The notes below the pieces were generated by a model. The model made no database searches. It had not been told where the DNA came from and saw nothing but the letters and a program-made list of their open reading frames with translations. From the NCBI GenBank assembly GCA_025455065.1, contig JALONG010000011.1, positions 27,738 through 91,737 of the forward strand: DNA of 64,000 nucleotides. The letters are read 5' to 3'. Positions 17,925 through 28,810 of the stretch are shown here, piece after piece. Source of the stretch: Candidatus Kapaibacterium sp. Lineage in GTDB: Bacteria; Bacteroidota; Ignavibacteria; Kapaibacteriales; UBA4661. Position numbers and translations under genes: made by a program. Each line of letters starts with the position of its first letter. The first letter of the stretch is position 1.

Positions 17925-18401
17925 ATGACCATTCAACCAACCCCCATCACCAACGACCTCCGTGCCGCACTGCGTGGAAAGCGTATTGGTGCTTTGGATT
18001 ACGGGCAGAAGCGCATTGGGTTTGCGGTTGCCGATGAACTGCATATTTTGGCTTCGCCGCGTGGTTTCTTTGCAAATGTGAATGGTAATGCGGAAGTGCT
18101 GAAAAGCGAGTTAGAAAGAGCTTTTGACAGGGAGCGTTTGGGAGCGTTGATTGTAGGAATGCCGTTTCAACATGACGACACCGAAACCCCGATGATGCAG
18201 GAAATACGAGGGTTTATCAGGTTTTTAGAAGAAACGTTTTCATTGCCGGTGTATATTGTGGATGAAGCCTATTCCAGCCGTGAAGCCATGCGTACAATGA
18301 TACATTCGGGGAAGAAAAAACGTCATCGCGCCGAAAAAGGACGTGCCGACGAAGTAGCTGCAGCCTTGATTTTACGGGAATTTCTCCGTGAATTATCGTA
18401 G
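17925..18401 (+). CDS. ruvX: YqgF/RuvX family nuclease
   Basis: ALDYGQKRIGFAVAD, IVGMP, VDEAYSS, DEVAAALIL. Confidence 0.92.
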   Translation: MTIQPTPITNDLRAALRGKRIGALDYGQKRIGFAVADELHILASPRGFFANVNGNAEVLKSELERAFDRERLGALIVGMPFQHDDTETPMMQEIRGFIRFLEETFSLPVYIVDEAYSSREAMRTMIHSGKKKRHRAEKGRADEVAAALILREFLRELS

Positions 18402-18436
18402 AGTGATTCTCGCAAGACCTTCCTCACGAAAAAAAT

Positions 18437-20260
18437 GTGGAGAATCAACATTTTCTTAGTATCTTGATTCCCTGTCAATACACGATTCCCGCACCATTGT
18501 CTGCGATTCTCGGTATGAATTTCCTCTCGCAATCTTCCTTTGCTTCTTTTATGCACCGCCGTACCGTACTGTGGAAGTTCAGTATTTGTGCCATTGTTAC
18601 GCCGATACTTTTCAATTTGACCTCCTGCGGAACAGTTCGGCAAGAAGCCGCAGCACAGCGTACACCTCGTACCAATACTCAGTCCCCGTTACCCTCCTCA
18701 TATTCGGCACTGTTGCCGTCATTGGCGGATTCCGTGCAGTACCAACCCGGAAAAGCGCGTGATTACTACATCAAAGGCGCAACGCTGCAAATGCAGGAAC
18801 GCCCCGCAGAAGCAATTTTGGAGTTTCAACAGGCGCTGCGCTACGATAATGCTGCTGCGATTCACTTCGCCATTGCGCAAAACTTCGTCAAGTTGAATAA
18901 ACAAGACCTAGCGTTGGAAGAACTCCGCACAGCCATTACGCTGGATTCCAATTTTACGACCGCATACAATCTTCTGGGCGAACTTTATACGCAGCAATTC
19001 CGTGTGGATGAAGCGATTACGGTCTATCAATATCTCGAATCCCACGAACCCGATGACATGATGAACCGTTTTATGCTTGCGAGATTGTACGAACTCCGCG
19101 ACGCAGATAAAGCCATTGCACTCTATGAAACGCTTCTCACCGAAACCGATGAAACCGACGGCATGATTTTAGCGCGTCTGGCGGATTTGTACACGCAAAA
19201 AGGCAATAGTGCCAAGGCGCTGGAATGTTTAGAAAAATTGCAACAAACCGCGCCCGATAACCAAGCCGTACTGTTTACGCTTATGGAAGCCTATATGTTC
19301 CAAAAAAAGTACGAGCAGGGCTTTGAACTTTTTAAGGCTTCCGAACTTGTCATTAGCGACAACGACGCAATTACACTCGCATTGCGCTACGCAAACGGCT
19401 TGCTGACGGACTTCGATAATTCCTTAACCGCCCGCACTTACGCCGACAAACTCCTTGACCGCTTGGAACTCAAAAACAAAGCAGGTTACGCAACGTCGTG
19501 GCAAATGCAGATGATGAACGGTGTTTTAGCAGGGCATTTAGACCGCAACACGCGGAGTAGTGCCTATTTCGACCGTGCGCTGGATATAGCCGACTCGCTG
19601 CCGGAAGTCCCCTTGCAAATTTGCGCGTTTTACTTCCAAAAACAGCGTTTTGGCGATATGCTTCGCGTCGCAGAGCAAGCATCGAAGCGCTTTCCAAAGA
19701 ACGGGCAGGTGTTTTTTCTTTGGGGATTGGGGTTATCGCAAATGGACAGTTCTGCACGGGCAATTACCGTTTTGCAACAATCGGTGAAATTTGATACGAA
19801 TAATCTGGATGCGTGGAATCAATTAGCGATTTTGCACAGTTCCGGTGGCAACATTGCGGCTTCCGATGCCGCATACGAAAAAGTGCTGCAAATTGACCCT
19901 AATAACGCTCTGGCAAACAACAACTATGCGTACTCGCTTTCTGAGCGCAAATTGCATCTTGAACGCGCCCAAACGATGATTGAAAAAGCGCTCAAATCCG
20001 AGCCGAAAAATCCGTCGTATCTCGACACGATGGGCTGGATTTTATACCAACGCGGCGAGTACAAAAAATCTTTGGAATACATTTTGCAGGCTATTGAGCA
20101 TGGCGAGGTCAGCGCAACGATTTACGAACATCTGGGCGATGCCTACCAAAAATTAGGCGACCGCGACAAAGCCGCCCAAGCATGGCGCGAAGCGCTTCGC
20201 AAAGACCCCAATCGCCCGTCCTTGAAAGAACGCCTTTCCAGCGACACCGCCAATAAATAA
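18437..20260 (+). CDS. Multi-TPR (lipo)protein
   Basis: Lipobox-like LTSC; many TPRs; ending ANNNYAYSL...YLDTMGWILY...EHLGDAY. True start is probably further downstream. Confidence 0.8.
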   Translation: MENQHFLSILIPCQYTIPAPLSAILGMNFLSQSSFASFMHRRTVLWKFSICAIVTPILFNLTSCGTVRQEAAAQRTPRTNTQSPLPSSYSALLPSLADSVQYQPGKARDYYIKGATLQMQERPAEAILEFQQALRYDNAAAIHFAIAQNFVKLNKQDLALEELRTAITLDSNFTTAYNLLGELYTQQFRVDEAITVYQYLESHEPDDMMNRFMLARLYELRDADKAIALYETLLTETDETDGMILARLADLYTQKGNSAKALECLEKLQQTAPDNQAVLFTLMEAYMFQKKYEQGFELFKASELVISDNDAITLALRYANGLLTDFDNSLTARTYADKLLDRLELKNKAGYATSWQMQMMNGVLAGHLDRNTRSSAYFDRALDIADSLPEVPLQICAFYFQKQRFGDMLRVAEQASKRFPKNGQVFFLWGLGLSQMDSSARAITVLQQSVKFDTNNLDAWNQLAILHSSGGNIAASDAAYEKVLQIDPNNALANNNYAYSLSERKLHLERAQTMIEKALKSEPKNPSYLDTMGWILYQRGEYKKSLEYILQAIEHGEVSATIYEHLGDAYQKLGDRDKAAQAWREALRKDPNRPSLKERLSSDTANK

Positions 20261-20285
20261 TTCTCCACCGTTTTTTCCAAAGACC

Positions 20286-21158
20286 ATGACCGAACAGCGC
20301 ATCACACGGGGCTTGAAGGCTATTCAGCTCTCAAGAGCAGCAATCACGACGCAGCACGTTTTTCCGTTTCGTCTGCGGCATCTTTCCTTGATGCTGCTGG
20401 GAAGTCTCATCATTACTGTACTGTGGAGTTGCGGTACAGCAACCACCACCACCACAACCACCGCAGCCAAAGGCAAGCGTCCGGCAAATTTTGTTTTGGA
20501 ACAAGCACTCGAAAAGCGCTCCCAATCTATCAATGCGCTTCGGGCGGAGGGAAATTTGGCGGTCGAAGTAGATGGAAAAAAGCAACAAGCGCAATTCGTG
20601 GGTTCGCTTTTGAAGCGCGATTCGCTTTTGCTGACTGTTACGGGACCCTTCAATATCGCAGTGGCAAAAGTCGGCTCTACACCCGATTTTATGAACTACT
20701 ACGATGCTCTTTCCAATACGGTGTATCAAGGCGCTCCCACACAGAAAAATTTCCAAACACGGCTTGGAGTGCCGCTTTCGCACAACGATATTGCCTGCTT
20801 TCTGCGCGGCGAAGTGCCGGGCGGTTTTACGGGCTTCACGGTGGAATCCGTTGCCGGAGACAGCGAGGATACTTACATTCGTCTGCGCGACACTGTAACC
20901 GAGCGCGTGATTTATTCCCACAGAGCAGAAAATATCATCTCCTTCAAGCGCGTTGGCAAAAGCGGTGCAACGCTCATTCACACACGCTTTAGCAATTTCA
21001 ACACATCGGAAAATGTGAGCGTTCCGCATGAGGCGTTTGTGGTTTTTCCTGCCATTAAAGCAACCTTCAGCGTTCAATGCCGTGCGGTGGACGTTAATCC
21101 CAAAGACCAGAAATATAGCTTTGTTCCTCCCTTGGAAGCGAAACGGCGAAAGCTATAA
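20286..21158 (+). CDS. DUF4292-like (LolA/LolB-fold) lipoprotein
   Basis: Lipobox LWSC, RDSLLLTVTGPF motif, position after the TPR gene as in Bacteroidota. Confidence 0.6.
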   Translation: MTEQRITRGLKAIQLSRAAITTQHVFPFRLRHLSLMLLGSLIITVLWSCGTATTTTTTTAAKGKRPANFVLEQALEKRSQSINALRAEGNLAVEVDGKKQQAQFVGSLLKRDSLLLTVTGPFNIAVAKVGSTPDFMNYYDALSNTVYQGAPTQKNFQTRLGVPLSHNDIACFLRGEVPGGFTGFTVESVAGDSEDTYIRLRDTVTERVIYSHRAENIISFKRVGKSGATLIHTRFSNFNTSENVSVPHEAFVVFPAIKATFSVQCRAVDVNPKDQKYSFVPPLEAKRRKL

Positions 21159-21225
21159 GACTCCGGCAAACGAACAACTACACACACAAGGGTGAGGCTC
21201 TTACGTCTTCGTAAGGGTCTCACTG

Positions 21226-24090
21226 ATGGATAAAAACCTGCGTTCTATGCACCGTTTTGGTTTCCTCGCAGCCCTTCTTGTGGCTTTATTCCTAGCGTTT
21301 GAGGTATATTCTCCGGCGACCGCCCACGCACAGCCAACATCTCGCAAAAACCGTACACTACGCATCACAGCAAGCAATTCTACCTCCGCTACTCTCAGCA
21401 CCCAAGCTACTGCACCAAGCACGAATGCCTCTTCCAAAGCCGCTTCAATCCTTGATTCTTTAGAAGCAGCATCAGAACGCAAGCAATCAAGCAGTGTGTC
21501 GGCAAAACCTTCTTCCCGTGACAGTTCTGCGCGGTCACAAAACGGCATTGACACGATTGTTACCTTTGTGGCGCAAGATTCTATCATCTATTCCCTCAAA
21601 GGGCGCAAACTCCGCTTGCGCAACAATGCGTATGTAAAAAATCAAGCACAGACGCTTTCGGCGGAAATTATCGAAATGTACTTCGACCAAGGAATGATGA
21701 GGGCTGCAAGCGGACGAGACCCTGCGGGGCGCGTTATCGGTGTTCCGAAATTTGCCGACGGCAAAGAAACCTTTTACGGCGCGGAACTGACCTACAATTT
21801 TCGCAACAAACGCGGTACAATCTCGCTTGCCGAGACGAAATTTGGTGAGGGTTTTTTCTTCGGCGAAAAAGTGAAGCGCGTTGATGATTCCACGTTTTAC
21901 CTCAAAGACGGCTGCTACACGACCTGCGACAAAACACACCCGCATTTTTATTTCAAAGCGCCGCGCATGAAGGTCATCATGCCCGACCGCATCTATGCTG
22001 ACCCGCTTATTGTGTATTTCAGCGACATCCCGATTTTCGCCATCCCCTTCGGGCTGTTCATGGAAAATAAGTCCGGCAGGCGTTCAGGTATCGTGATTCC
22101 GCAGGTGTTTATGTCCGGTCCGATTGGCGACCAGAATTCACGCGGCATTGCCTTTGAGCGCTTCGGGTATTATTGGGCAATCAACGACACGCTGGATGCG
22201 GAGTTTACGGGTTCGTACTACACCAAAGGCGGGTGGCTTGCCGGTTTTAAGGGCAATTATTTTTTCAATTCCCGCTTCAATGGCGCATTAACGCTCTCCT
22301 ATGGACAAGGCGGTTTTACGCCGACTGCCAAACCGACGGAGAATTGGCGCGTGAATTGGCGGCACACGTGGGACATTACACCCTTTACGAAAGTTAGCGG
22401 CTCGATTGACGTGAGTTCAAGCGGCTTTTTCTCGCAAACGCAGATTGACGCTCGGCAACGCACGCAACGCGGCATCACCTCACAATTCAACATCAATCAC
22501 ACCTTTGATAACGGTTTGCCCTTGAGTTTGAACTACAACCGTTTTCAAGATGTGCTGACGGGTGAAGTCCGCCAAACGGTGGTGAGCGGAACAAATATCC
22601 CGCAAGTTTTTCCCTTCCGCGAACTCGCACGGGCAATTCCTTCGCTGGAACTCAGCATCCCACCTGATTCGTGGCTGAACGACATTCAGTTTTCGTATAG
22701 CGTCAATGGTCAGGCGAATTTTATTACGCCCAGCGACTCCTTGCTGCAAGGTGAAACGGAAGTTGATAGACAACGCCGCATCGCCCAAGCCCGTGCAAAC
22801 CCCTTCACGGCGAGTATTCGACACTCTCCCAGCATCAACATCGCTCCAAAACTTGGGTATTTCGTGCTTTCGCCGTCCGTCACGTACAATGAAAATTGGT
22901 ATTTTCGCCGCCTCGTAAGCCGCACACCTTCAACAACAGGAACATTATTGCGGGATTCGACCGAACAAGGATTTTTCCGTGAATACGCGATGAGTGCAAA
23001 CCTCAGTTTGGCAACGACGCTGTACGGCATTGCAAACCCGCGTATTTTGGGTATTAACTCGCTTAGGCACACGCTTCGTCCGCAAATTTCGCTGAATTTT
23101 GCGCCAAATTTCCAAGACGACCCCAATCTTGCCGGACGCTACACCGACACCAGCAACGGAAACCGAATCCCAACCGTGTATTCGCGCTATGCGTTGGACG
23201 GTGGAGCAACGCCGTCTCCGCTTGTGGCGGGGTTTGGTTGGTCGCTGGGAAATAATTTCGAGGCGAAAATTCAGCAGGACACGGCGGAGAAAGTGATTCA
23301 ACTGATGCAGGTGAACTTGAGTGGAAGTGCGAACTTAGCATCTACCTCAAACCAATGGAGTCCCATTTCCATGAATTTCAGCAATACCTTTGGCGATGGT
23401 TTGCAGTTCTCCGGCACGGCGAATTTCAGCCTTTACGACCGCGCCATAGTACGGAGAGGCGAGGTGCTGACGTATCAAGAAACGGATACTTTACTTTTGC
23501 GAGCCGGCAAGGGTTTTTTGCGGCTTTCCAACCTCAGTTTCAGTTTGAACTACCGTTTAGCGGGAAACTCCAGCAATAACGGGCTGCAAGGCGGTTTGAC
23601 GGCATCCGGCAGCACTCCGCGCGACACGGCGGCAACTCAAGGACGGAGCGGTGATGAAGCCTCGCTGGGCGCACGATTCCAGCAGCGCATAGACAACACC
23701 TACGACCAAGCCGACGTATTCGGCGACAGTTCCCCCGGCTATGCGCCGATACCGATTGAGTGGAGTTCTAATTTAAACGGTTCGGTGAGTTTTACGCCGT
23801 CCTCCGTTGTGGGCGCTCCGGCAAGTATTAGCGCAATTATCAATGCTGATTTGACGGCAACCATTGATAGAGTCTGGCGTTTCAACACAAATTTTGGCTA
23901 TGACTTTGTAACCGGCACTATTACTGCGCCCTCGCTCAGTTTGACACGCGATTTACACTGTTGGGATTTGGCATTTCGCTGGCAGCCTTTTGGCGCTGTG
24001 CCGGGCTATTTCTTTCGCGTCGGTATCAAAATGCAGCAGCTACGCGATGTGCAGTTCACGCGGCAGAATAACCCGTTTTTGCGGCAGTAA
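21226..24090 (+). CDS. lptD: Putative LPS-assembly outer-membrane protein LptD
   Basis: Signal peptide, AQDSI, YTTCD..HPHFYF, GYYWAIND, RDLHCW near the C-terminus. Confidence 0.85.
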   Translation: MDKNLRSMHRFGFLAALLVALFLAFEVYSPATAHAQPTSRKNRTLRITASNSTSATLSTQATAPSTNASSKAASILDSLEAASERKQSSSVSAKPSSRDSSARSQNGIDTIVTFVAQDSIIYSLKGRKLRLRNNAYVKNQAQTLSAEIIEMYFDQGMMRAASGRDPAGRVIGVPKFADGKETFYGAELTYNFRNKRGTISLAETKFGEGFFFGEKVKRVDDSTFYLKDGCYTTCDKTHPHFYFKAPRMKVIMPDRIYADPLIVYFSDIPIFAIPFGLFMENKSGRRSGIVIPQVFMSGPIGDQNSRGIAFERFGYYWAINDTLDAEFTGSYYTKGGWLAGFKGNYFFNSRFNGALTLSYGQGGFTPTAKPTENWRVNWRHTWDITPFTKVSGSIDVSSSGFFSQTQIDARQRTQRGITSQFNINHTFDNGLPLSLNYNRFQDVLTGEVRQTVVSGTNIPQVFPFRELARAIPSLELSIPPDSWLNDIQFSYSVNGQANFITPSDSLLQGETEVDRQRRIAQARANPFTASIRHSPSINIAPKLGYFVLSPSVTYNENWYFRRLVSRTPSTTGTLLRDSTEQGFFREYAMSANLSLATTLYGIANPRILGINSLRHTLRPQISLNFAPNFQDDPNLAGRYTDTSNGNRIPTVYSRYALDGGATPSPLVAGFGWSLGNNFEAKIQQDTAEKVIQLMQVNLSGSANLASTSNQWSPISMNFSNTFGDGLQFSGTANFSLYDRAIVRRGEVLTYQETDTLLLRAGKGFLRLSNLSFSLNYRLAGNSSNNGLQGGLTASGSTPRDTAATQGRSGDEASLGARFQQRIDNTYDQADVFGDSSPGYAPIPIEWSSNLNGSVSFTPSSVVGAPASISAIINADLTATIDRVWRFNTNFGYDFVTGTITAPSLSLTRDLHCWDLAFRWQPFGAVPGYFFRVGIKMQQLRDVQFTRQNNPFLRQ

Positions 24091-24233
24091 TGCTGTGTAG
24101 TTCTTCCTGTCGCATTTGCTGTGTTTGGTGAAAATCCGACAGTCCGCGCCGAAGACGGCAAGCGGACAGCCGGATATGTTCACGCCGAATTTTTGTGAGA
24201 AGTTTTGCACCTTTTGCTGCGGTTTACTGGGAT

Positions 24234-25154
24234 TTATTGCGGCGCAATAAAATCCTGTGGGATATTTCCTTTGCCGACAATATCAATGAAAATGCTGAGA
24301 AGCGAGGGTTGCACACGTTCAATTTTCGTCAGCGCAAGATGTGGCAGTAATTGGGGAATAAACTCATTGAGCGTTACCGACGGCTTCAAATCTATTTCGG
24401 CATAATGAGGAAAAATTTCTGCTTTGCTGACGCTCTCCAACGACGCAATAAATTGCCCGTCGCCTTCAAATTCTAGGTGGACGGTATTCGAGCCGAAGCG
24501 CTGTTTTACGCCATCCACCGTGCCTTGCACAACGGCTTTTCCTTTGTTGTAGAGGATAATTTCATCGCAAATTTTTTCGGCAGATTCAAGCTGATGTGTG
24601 CAGAAAATAATCGCCTTACCGCGCTGCCGCAAATCCAGCACCACATCTTTGAATTTGAGTTGATTCACGGGGTCTAATCCCGAAAATGGCTCGTCCAAAA
24701 TAAGTAATTCGGGGTCATGCAGCACCGCCGCGATAAACTGTACTTTTTGCTGATTCCCCTTCGATAATTCCTCAATCTTCCGCTTTTCCATGCCCTGCAA
24801 TTCAAACTTCGCCAACCACTCGGAAACAAGCGCTTTGGCGTTTTTGGTGGGATGTTTCAGCGAGGCGAAATACAAAAGCGTGTCGCCGATGGTGCTTTTT
24901 TTGTACAAACCGCGCTCTTCGGGCAGATACCCAATAACGCTTTTGGTATGTTCGCCGACAGCATCACCGTTGAAGGTAATTGAGCCTGTATCGGGTTTCA
25001 GGATGTTCAAAATCATCCGAATTGTGGTAGTTTTTCCGGCACCGTTCGGTCCCAAAATTCCCATAACCATACCGGGTTTGACGGAAAATGAAATGCCATC
25101 AACGGCTTTGAGACCGCCTTTGTAGGTTTTGTGGATATTTTCAACAACGAGCAT
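24234..25154 (-). CDS. ABC-2 type transporter ATP-binding protein (NatA/YhaQ-like)
   Basis: GPNGAGKTT, GYLPEERGLY, LSKGNQQK, ILDEPFSGLDPVN. Confidence 0.92.
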   Translation of the reverse strand: MLVVENIHKTYKGGLKAVDGISFSVKPGMVMGILGPNGAGKTTTIRMILNILKPDTGSITFNGDAVGEHTKSVIGYLPEERGLYKKSTIGDTLLYFASLKHPTKNAKALVSEWLAKFELQGMEKRKIEELSKGNQQKVQFIAAVLHDPELLILDEPFSGLDPVNQLKFKDVVLDLRQRGKAIIFCTHQLESAEKICDEIILYNKGKAVVQGTVDGVKQRFGSNTVHLEFEGDGQFIASLESVSKAEIFPHYAEIDLKPSVTLNEFIPQLLPHLALTKIERVQPSLLSIFIDIVGKGNIPQDFIAPQ

Positions 25155-25417
25155 AAACGAAGAAGAAAAAGAGGGTGAAGAAAAGCGTACAATCGTGTGC
25201 AGGAAAATAGCGATTTACTACGGAAAAATGGGAAAAATCTATGGAAATGCCAAAATTTTCCGTAAATTATTATTTTGTGTTCTTCACAAAGTTTGAACTT
25301 TATTTCTCTGTTGTAATGAGACTTTTCACATTGTAGAGGAATTGTTTCTCGTATTGCTGCAAACCGAAAGCAGCCGGAATCCTGACAATCACCATTTCAT
25401 CACGGTTTTTTCACATT

Positions 25418-25906
25418 ATGAACACGATTTATCTTGTCCGACACGGCATCGCGGAAGATACCAACTTGCTGCGCCCGGATTCCGAACGCGCTTTGACTCA
25501 AGAAGGCAAAGAAAAAATGCACCTTATCGGGAAACGCCTTCGTCAAATGGGCATAAAACCTCACCTCGTCATCTCCAGTCCCTACAAACGCGCTGTGCAG
25601 ACGGCAGATATTTTGGTGGAAGAATTAGGCTACACCGGAGAACGATTCCAAGACAACCGCATCACGCCGAGCGCCCGTTATGAAGCCTTTTCCGCGCTGT
25701 TTCAAGAGTACAAAAGTTTCCGTGAAATTATGTTTGTTACGCACGACCCGTGTGTAAGTTTCCTTACCGGACAACTTTGCGGCGCGACGAATTACAATAT
25801 TGACTTCAAAAAAGGTGCTGTGGCTTGCATCGGCATTGGTCGCCAAAGTCCGCCAGCAGGCACGTTGCTGTGGTATGCTCCGCCGAAACTCTTGATTACA
25901 GAGTAA
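25418..25906 (+). CDS. sixA: Phosphohistidine phosphatase SixA
   Basis: YLVRHGIAE, D.ERALT..G, SSPYKRAVQTA, VTHDP, KKGAV. Confidence 0.88.
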   Translation: MNTIYLVRHGIAEDTNLLRPDSERALTQEGKEKMHLIGKRLRQMGIKPHLVISSPYKRAVQTADILVEELGYTGERFQDNRITPSARYEAFSALFQEYKSFREIMFVTHDPCVSFLTGQLCGATNYNIDFKKGAVACIGIGRQSPPAGTLLWYAPPKLLITE

Positions 25907-25939
25907 TCTTGGAATTTTTTCATCTCACCTTCCTACACT

Positions 25940-26437
25940 ATGTTTACACTTGACGAAAATCTCCGTACCCTCGACAAAACCTCATTTTACAAAGAACTGC
26001 TTCAGCAAACAAGCGGTTTACTCCATGATGAGCGCGATATGATTGCAAATATGGCAAACATCGCATCACTGCTGTTTCATTCAATGTCAGAGATAAATTG
26101 GTCAGGGTTTTATCTTTGGAAAAATGGCGAGTTGGTGTTGGGACCGTTTCACGGCAAACCCGCGTGCGTACGCATTGCCATGGGACGCGGCGTGTGCGGA
26201 ACGGCTGCGGAACGGCGTGAAACGGTCGTTGTGGAGGATGTTCACGCATTCCCGGGGCATATCGCTTGTGATGCCGCTTCGCGCTCAGAAATTGTTGTGC
26301 CGCTTGTGAAAAATGGAAAGCTCGTCGGTGTTTTGGATATTGACAGCCCCATCGAAAGCCGTTTTAATAATGACGACAAACAAGCATTAGAGCGCCTTGC
26401 GGCGGCATTACTGGACGGTTCGGATATTGCTGATTAA
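25940..26437 (+). CDS. msrC: GAF-domain free methionine-(R)-sulfoxide reductase
   Basis: NWSGFY, LGPFHGKPAC..I..GRGVCG, FPGHIACDAASRSEIVVP, LDIDSP. Confidence 0.9.
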   Translation: MFTLDENLRTLDKTSFYKELLQQTSGLLHDERDMIANMANIASLLFHSMSEINWSGFYLWKNGELVLGPFHGKPACVRIAMGRGVCGTAAERRETVVVEDVHAFPGHIACDAASRSEIVVPLVKNGKLVGVLDIDSPIESRFNNDDKQALERLAAALLDGSDIAD

Positions 26438-26443
26438 CGGGTC

Positions 26444-28732
26444 TTACACCATCCCGCTTCGCTTGCGTAAAAACCACTCCGCAGCAAACATCACCAGTGC
26501 TGCCGCAAGCAACCATGCCAGATTCCACAAGGCAATATCACTCCTGAGCGTGATTGGACGCGCTTTGTAATTCGGCGAAGACTGTATTGCACGACGCACG
26601 GCATCAGGGTTTGCGGCGACTTCTTCTGCCGTAAAAAATTGTCCTCCGGTAGATTCCGCTAAACGACGCAAAAATACTGCATTCATGCGAAGATTTTGAT
26701 ATTCGATATTTACCCGCCCAACGCTGAAACGCCCTGAATCTTCGCCATATTTCTGGTTATTGACTGCCGCCGTGCCGACGAAACTATATTCTCCTTCGCC
26801 CAACCCTTCCACCGTCGCAGCATACCGCCCCCCGCCAAGCGCCGAAAGCACCACTTCGCGGGCTTGTTTGAGTGCGCTGCTTTGGAGCGTAACGCGCACA
26901 TCTGCGCCGTCCAGAGGGTTATAGGAACGGTCATACACTTGCGCCGTCAATTCGACACTTTCACCGCTTCCATAGACTTTCCGCGATGATTTGATGCGCA
27001 CAAACTTCCCTTGGTCGCTGGTGGAAAGCCATCGCAAACCGTTCTCAAAGAATGTTCCGAAAATATCCGGTACTTCGCGCCCTTTCGCCGCTTCTGCCGC
27101 AAAACCCAGCAATTTCCAGCGATACAGCCCGTAGCCCAAAATTGCCAGCGATTTTGTGTTATTGAGTGTGCGCTGCACCAAAAGCGGCTCTGCAAGCGGC
27201 ACATTGTTTAATTTCACCGTCGAAAGCACCTCCGCTTCAGGCTTGACGCGCACCAATGTCTCGGTGCGGAAAAGCGGCGGCAGTTGATTCCATGCTTTGA
27301 GGTCGGCATCGGTGCCGGAAAGTTTCATCACAGGGCTTGCCAAAGCAGGCTGCTTCACATCCGGCAGCGCCAGCATCTCTTGTTTGCTGCCCGAAAGCGT
27401 TGTGAAGGGCAGAAAGGGTTCTAAGGGGCGCAAACGCACCCAATCCAAGTCCTGCGAAGCGACGAATAACACGGGTTTCCCACGAGAAAGTTCGGTTTTG
27501 ACGACTTCGATGAACGAAAGCGGCGTGGAAGTAAGCGGGAATCCCACCAGCACGATTGCTTCTGCATCGGCGAGGTCTTGACGTAGTGTCTCCAATGTGC
27601 GTTTTGGTGAGGTTTCAAGCGGCTTTCCGTCTTGTGCTGCGGCAACATTATCCAAAAAACCGCCCTTCATATCTTCCACATACACATTGCACTGCACATT
27701 GCTGTTGGCTTCCAAGGACGAGCGAATGAAGGAAATATCGGGCGAAAGCTGTGCCGCAAGCACCAGCGTTTTGCGCTTATTTTTCAGCACATTGACAAAT
27801 TCGGAATACGCATTATTTTTTGTGGTTAATTCACCCTCTAATCCGCTCTGGTTTGAGCTTCTTTGATTCTTGATTTCGGCGGTGAGTGTGTGCATTCCGG
27901 CTTGTTTAGGTTTGTAGACAAAACTCACGGTGCGTGATTCCGTGCCGCGTAGCGGTAAAGTCTGCTCTGCAACCGTTTCTCCGTTGTCCCGCAAGACCAG
28001 TGTTGCTGCGCCTTCGGTAAATCCCGACGATTGCACGGTGATATTCACAGGCAGTTCGCTGTCCACATAGCCGACTTCGTTGGTAATGACTGACCTGACA
28101 GCAATATCTTTCGCTTCGGTGGAATCTCCCACGCCCACAATAACCATCGGTCTGGCAAGCATTTCTGCGGCATAGAGCGGATTTTCCCCTTCGTTAAATG
28201 CACCGTCGGTAACAAGCAACACGGCTTGGGTATTGGTGCGCTCGGCATTTTGAAAAATACGTTGGAGGGGTTTGGTGATATTGGTAAACTGCCCGTCTAA
28301 GCGCATAGAATCAGGAACGAAGTCTTTTGCAGGCACTGTCGAAGCGTCATTGGCAAACAGCGTTATTTCCGAAACTGCCTCTGGCAAGGCATCATTCAGC
28401 GTTTCAGGCTTGAGTGCTTTGAGCGCAGCCAGATAATCGGCTTTGCGGTCGCGTGATGCGTCGCGCAGCGAAAGCGATTCCGAATTATCCAGCAAAATAG
28501 CCACACTCGGCGGCTCTTCGGTTGCGCGAAGAACATTGACAATCGGTTCAAACAGCGCAAAAAGCAATATCCACAAGCCCAGTAAACGCAGAGCCATGAG
28601 GGTAAACCGCCGTGCGGGGGAAATCGGCGGTGTAGTAACGGAATACGCATACCACGAAAGCGCCGCAGCCGCAATGCCACACAATGCAAGCAGCCACCAC
28701 GACGCGCTCAAACTAAAACTGTATGATGCCAT
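26444..28732 (-). CDS. Membrane-anchored vWA-domain protein with Ig-like and glutamine-amidotransferase-like regions
   Basis: N-terminal TMs, MIDAS-like LLDNSESL and VTDG, C-terminal AEWFLRKRSG. Confidence 0.7.
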   Translation of the reverse strand: MASYSFSLSASWWLLALCGIAAAALSWYAYSVTTPPISPARRFTLMALRLLGLWILLFALFEPIVNVLRATEEPPSVAILLDNSESLSLRDASRDRKADYLAALKALKPETLNDALPEAVSEITLFANDASTVPAKDFVPDSMRLDGQFTNITKPLQRIFQNAERTNTQAVLLVTDGAFNEGENPLYAAEMLARPMVIVGVGDSTEAKDIAVRSVITNEVGYVDSELPVNITVQSSGFTEGAATLVLRDNGETVAEQTLPLRGTESRTVSFVYKPKQAGMHTLTAEIKNQRSSNQSGLEGELTTKNNAYSEFVNVLKNKRKTLVLAAQLSPDISFIRSSLEANSNVQCNVYVEDMKGGFLDNVAAAQDGKPLETSPKRTLETLRQDLADAEAIVLVGFPLTSTPLSFIEVVKTELSRGKPVLFVASQDLDWVRLRPLEPFLPFTTLSGSKQEMLALPDVKQPALASPVMKLSGTDADLKAWNQLPPLFRTETLVRVKPEAEVLSTVKLNNVPLAEPLLVQRTLNNTKSLAILGYGLYRWKLLGFAAEAAKGREVPDIFGTFFENGLRWLSTSDQGKFVRIKSSRKVYGSGESVELTAQVYDRSYNPLDGADVRVTLQSSALKQAREVVLSALGGGRYAATVEGLGEGEYSFVGTAAVNNQKYGEDSGRFSVGRVNIEYQNLRMNAVFLRRLAESTGGQFFTAEEVAANPDAVRRAIQSSPNYKARPITLRSDIALWNLAWLLAAALVMFAAEWFLRKRSGMV

Positions 28733-28810
28733 GAAGGATAGGAAAAATCAACGAGGAAGGTACAATGAGGTGGTGTTTTTTGACATATCTCGTCAGTCGA
28801 AGCAATACGT

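Noticed and set aside
25219..25264. TACGGAAAA/TTTTCCGTA inverted repeat in the ABC-sixA divergent promoter region
   Set aside because: Could be an operator, but it is short, in AT-rich context, and has no assignable regulator.
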